This document shows, piece after piece, positions 46,211 to 47,475 of a stretch of 47,475 bases of DNA. Location: positions 74,791-122,265 of the forward strand of contig JAVZRC010000001.1 in assembly GCA_038880755.1 (NCBI GenBank). Reading direction: 5' to 3'. The position numbers were made by a program, and so were the translations under genes. The DNA comes from Candidatus Micrarchaeia archaeon (GTDB lineage: Archaea; Micrarchaeota; Micrarchaeia; CABMEP01). The notes beneath the pieces were generated by a model. It saw only the letters and a list, made by a program, of their open reading frames with translations. It did no database searches and was not told the DNA's origin. How positions within the stretch are numbered: position 1 is the first letter of the stretch; each line of letters starts with the position of its first letter.

Positions 46211-47434
46211 ATGGATTCAATTCTTCCAAAAAGAAGAGAGACATTTCAGGTAAAGGTTGGAAACATAACTATTGGCAGCCAGCATCCAATCGTAGTCCAG
46301 TCAATGACAAATACCAATACAGCTGATGTTGATTCAACTGTAAAACAGATAATAGAACTTAATCAAGCTGGATCAGAAATGGTAAGATTCACAGTAAAAG
46401 ATGAAGAAATGGCAAAGGCAGTTCCAGAGATAAAGAAAAAACTTATCGACCAGGGATACACCCTTCCTTTAATAGGAGATTTCCATTTCAACGGGGATAT
46501 TCTTCTTTCAAAATATCCAAAGATGGCAGAGTCTCTTGACAAATGGAGGGTCAATCCAGGAAACGCAGGAAGCGATGAAAGATTTAGAAATATTATAAAG
46601 CTTGCAATAGACTACAACAAGCCTATAAGGATAGGCGTAAACGGAGGTTCATTGGATCAAAAACTTCTTGCAAGGATGATAGAAAAGGATTTGAAGAAAC
46701 CAAAAGAAAAGCAGCTTGGTTCCCACAGGGTTTTTCTTGATGCAATGATAAAGAGCGCATTGACGTCTGCAGAATCTGCAATAGAGGCAGGAATGCCAGA
46801 AAATGCAATTATACTTTCAGCTAAGGTCTCAAATGTGAGAGATCTGATTTATGTTTATTCCAATCTTGCAAGGAAATGCAAGTTTCCTCTTCATCTTGGG
46901 CTGACAGAGGCTGGAGGAGGATCAAAGGGAATTGTTGCATCAGCACAAGGAATAGGAATTCTTTTGAATCAAGGAATCGGGGATACGATTCGTGTTTCTA
47001 TCACTCCAAGGCCAGGGCACAGCAGGACTGAGGAAGTGATTGTTGCTCAAGAAATACTTCAAACCCTTGGCCTTAGGGCATTCTTCCCGATGGTTACAAG
47101 CTGCCCAGGATGCGGAAGAACAACAAGCACTGTTTTCCAGACAATCGCAGAGGAGATAAGTAATTATCTTCAGCAGCAGTCTCAGGTTTGGAGGGCGCAG
47201 GGATACAAGGGATTTGAAAACATGAAGGTTGCAGTTATGGGTTGCATTGTGAATGGCCCTGGGGAGTCAAGAGAAGCAAACATAGGATTAAGTCTACCAG
47301 GCTCTGGTGAAACACCTTCAGCCCCTGTGTTTGCAGACGGAAAGCAGATTGCAACCCTGACAGGGGATGCAAAAACAATAGCAGATCAATACAAGAAATT
47401 GATAGAAGATTATGTGAAAAGTCATTATAAATAA
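46211..47434 (+). CDS. ispG: (E)-4-hydroxy-3-methylbut-2-enyl-diphosphate synthase (IspG/GcpE), bacterial type
   Basis: VQSMTNT, GDFHF, RVNPGN, RIGVNGGSL, LHLGLTEAG, GDTIRVS; [4Fe-4S] ligands CPGCGR and GCIVNGPGE. Confidence 0.97.
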   Translation: MDSILPKRRETFQVKVGNITIGSQHPIVVQSMTNTNTADVDSTVKQIIELNQAGSEMVRFTVKDEEMAKAVPEIKKKLIDQGYTLPLIGDFHFNGDILLSKYPKMAESLDKWRVNPGNAGSDERFRNIIKLAIDYNKPIRIGVNGGSLDQKLLARMIEKDLKKPKEKQLGSHRVFLDAMIKSALTSAESAIEAGMPENAIILSAKVSNVRDLIYVYSNLARKCKFPLHLGLTEAGGGSKGIVASAQGIGILLNQGIGDTIRVSITPRPGHSRTEEVIVAQEILQTLGLRAFFPMVTSCPGCGRTTSTVFQTIAEEISNYLQQQSQVWRAQGYKGFENMKVAVMGCIVNGPGESREANIGLSLPGSGETPSAPVFADGKQIATLTGDAKTIADQYKKLIEDYVKSHYK

Positions 47435-47475
47435 ACGATTAAAAAAGGAAATAGTTATAAAATTATCTATTAAAT

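Overview
AT-rich (roughly 30% GC by eye) archaeal chromosome segment in the standard genetic code; TAA, TAG and TGA all end recognisable genes. Gene content (AMP phosphorylase plus ribose-1,5-bisphosphate isomerase, orphan surface proteins, a bacterial-type ispG) suggests a DPANN archaeon, possibly Micrarchaeota-like; this is inference. Positions 1-33.7 kb are mostly housekeeping: dnaG, pelota, archease plus intein-containing rtcB, a KH-domain protein with top6B/top6A, an intron-containing tRNA-Asn, an intein-containing AMP phosphorylase, ftsZ-secE-spt5-rpl11, rpl1-P0-P1, pcm, and a ubiquitin-like sulfur carrier with a TtuA/NcsA thiolase. Positions 33.7-42.2 kb form an accessory region with an IS5-type remnant, a frameshifted surface protein and orphans. 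Most notable: (1) a putative signalling operon of an intact KaiC/RAD55 ATPase, a TBP-like+V4R fusion, a degenerate KaiC paralog and a 7-TM protein that runs directly into ispG; (2) a hidden minus-strand membrane-protein frame at 37.7-38.0 kb broken only by five TGA codons, possibly DNA from an organism with a recoded genetic code; (3) an intein in AMP phosphorylase; (4) a permuted L1-binding-like RNA motif over the rpl1 ribosome-binding site; (5) a YvoF-like ether-lipid acetyltransferase; (6) a 12-repeat, 49-Cys lipoprotein. All family calls are by motif recognition, with no database searches.
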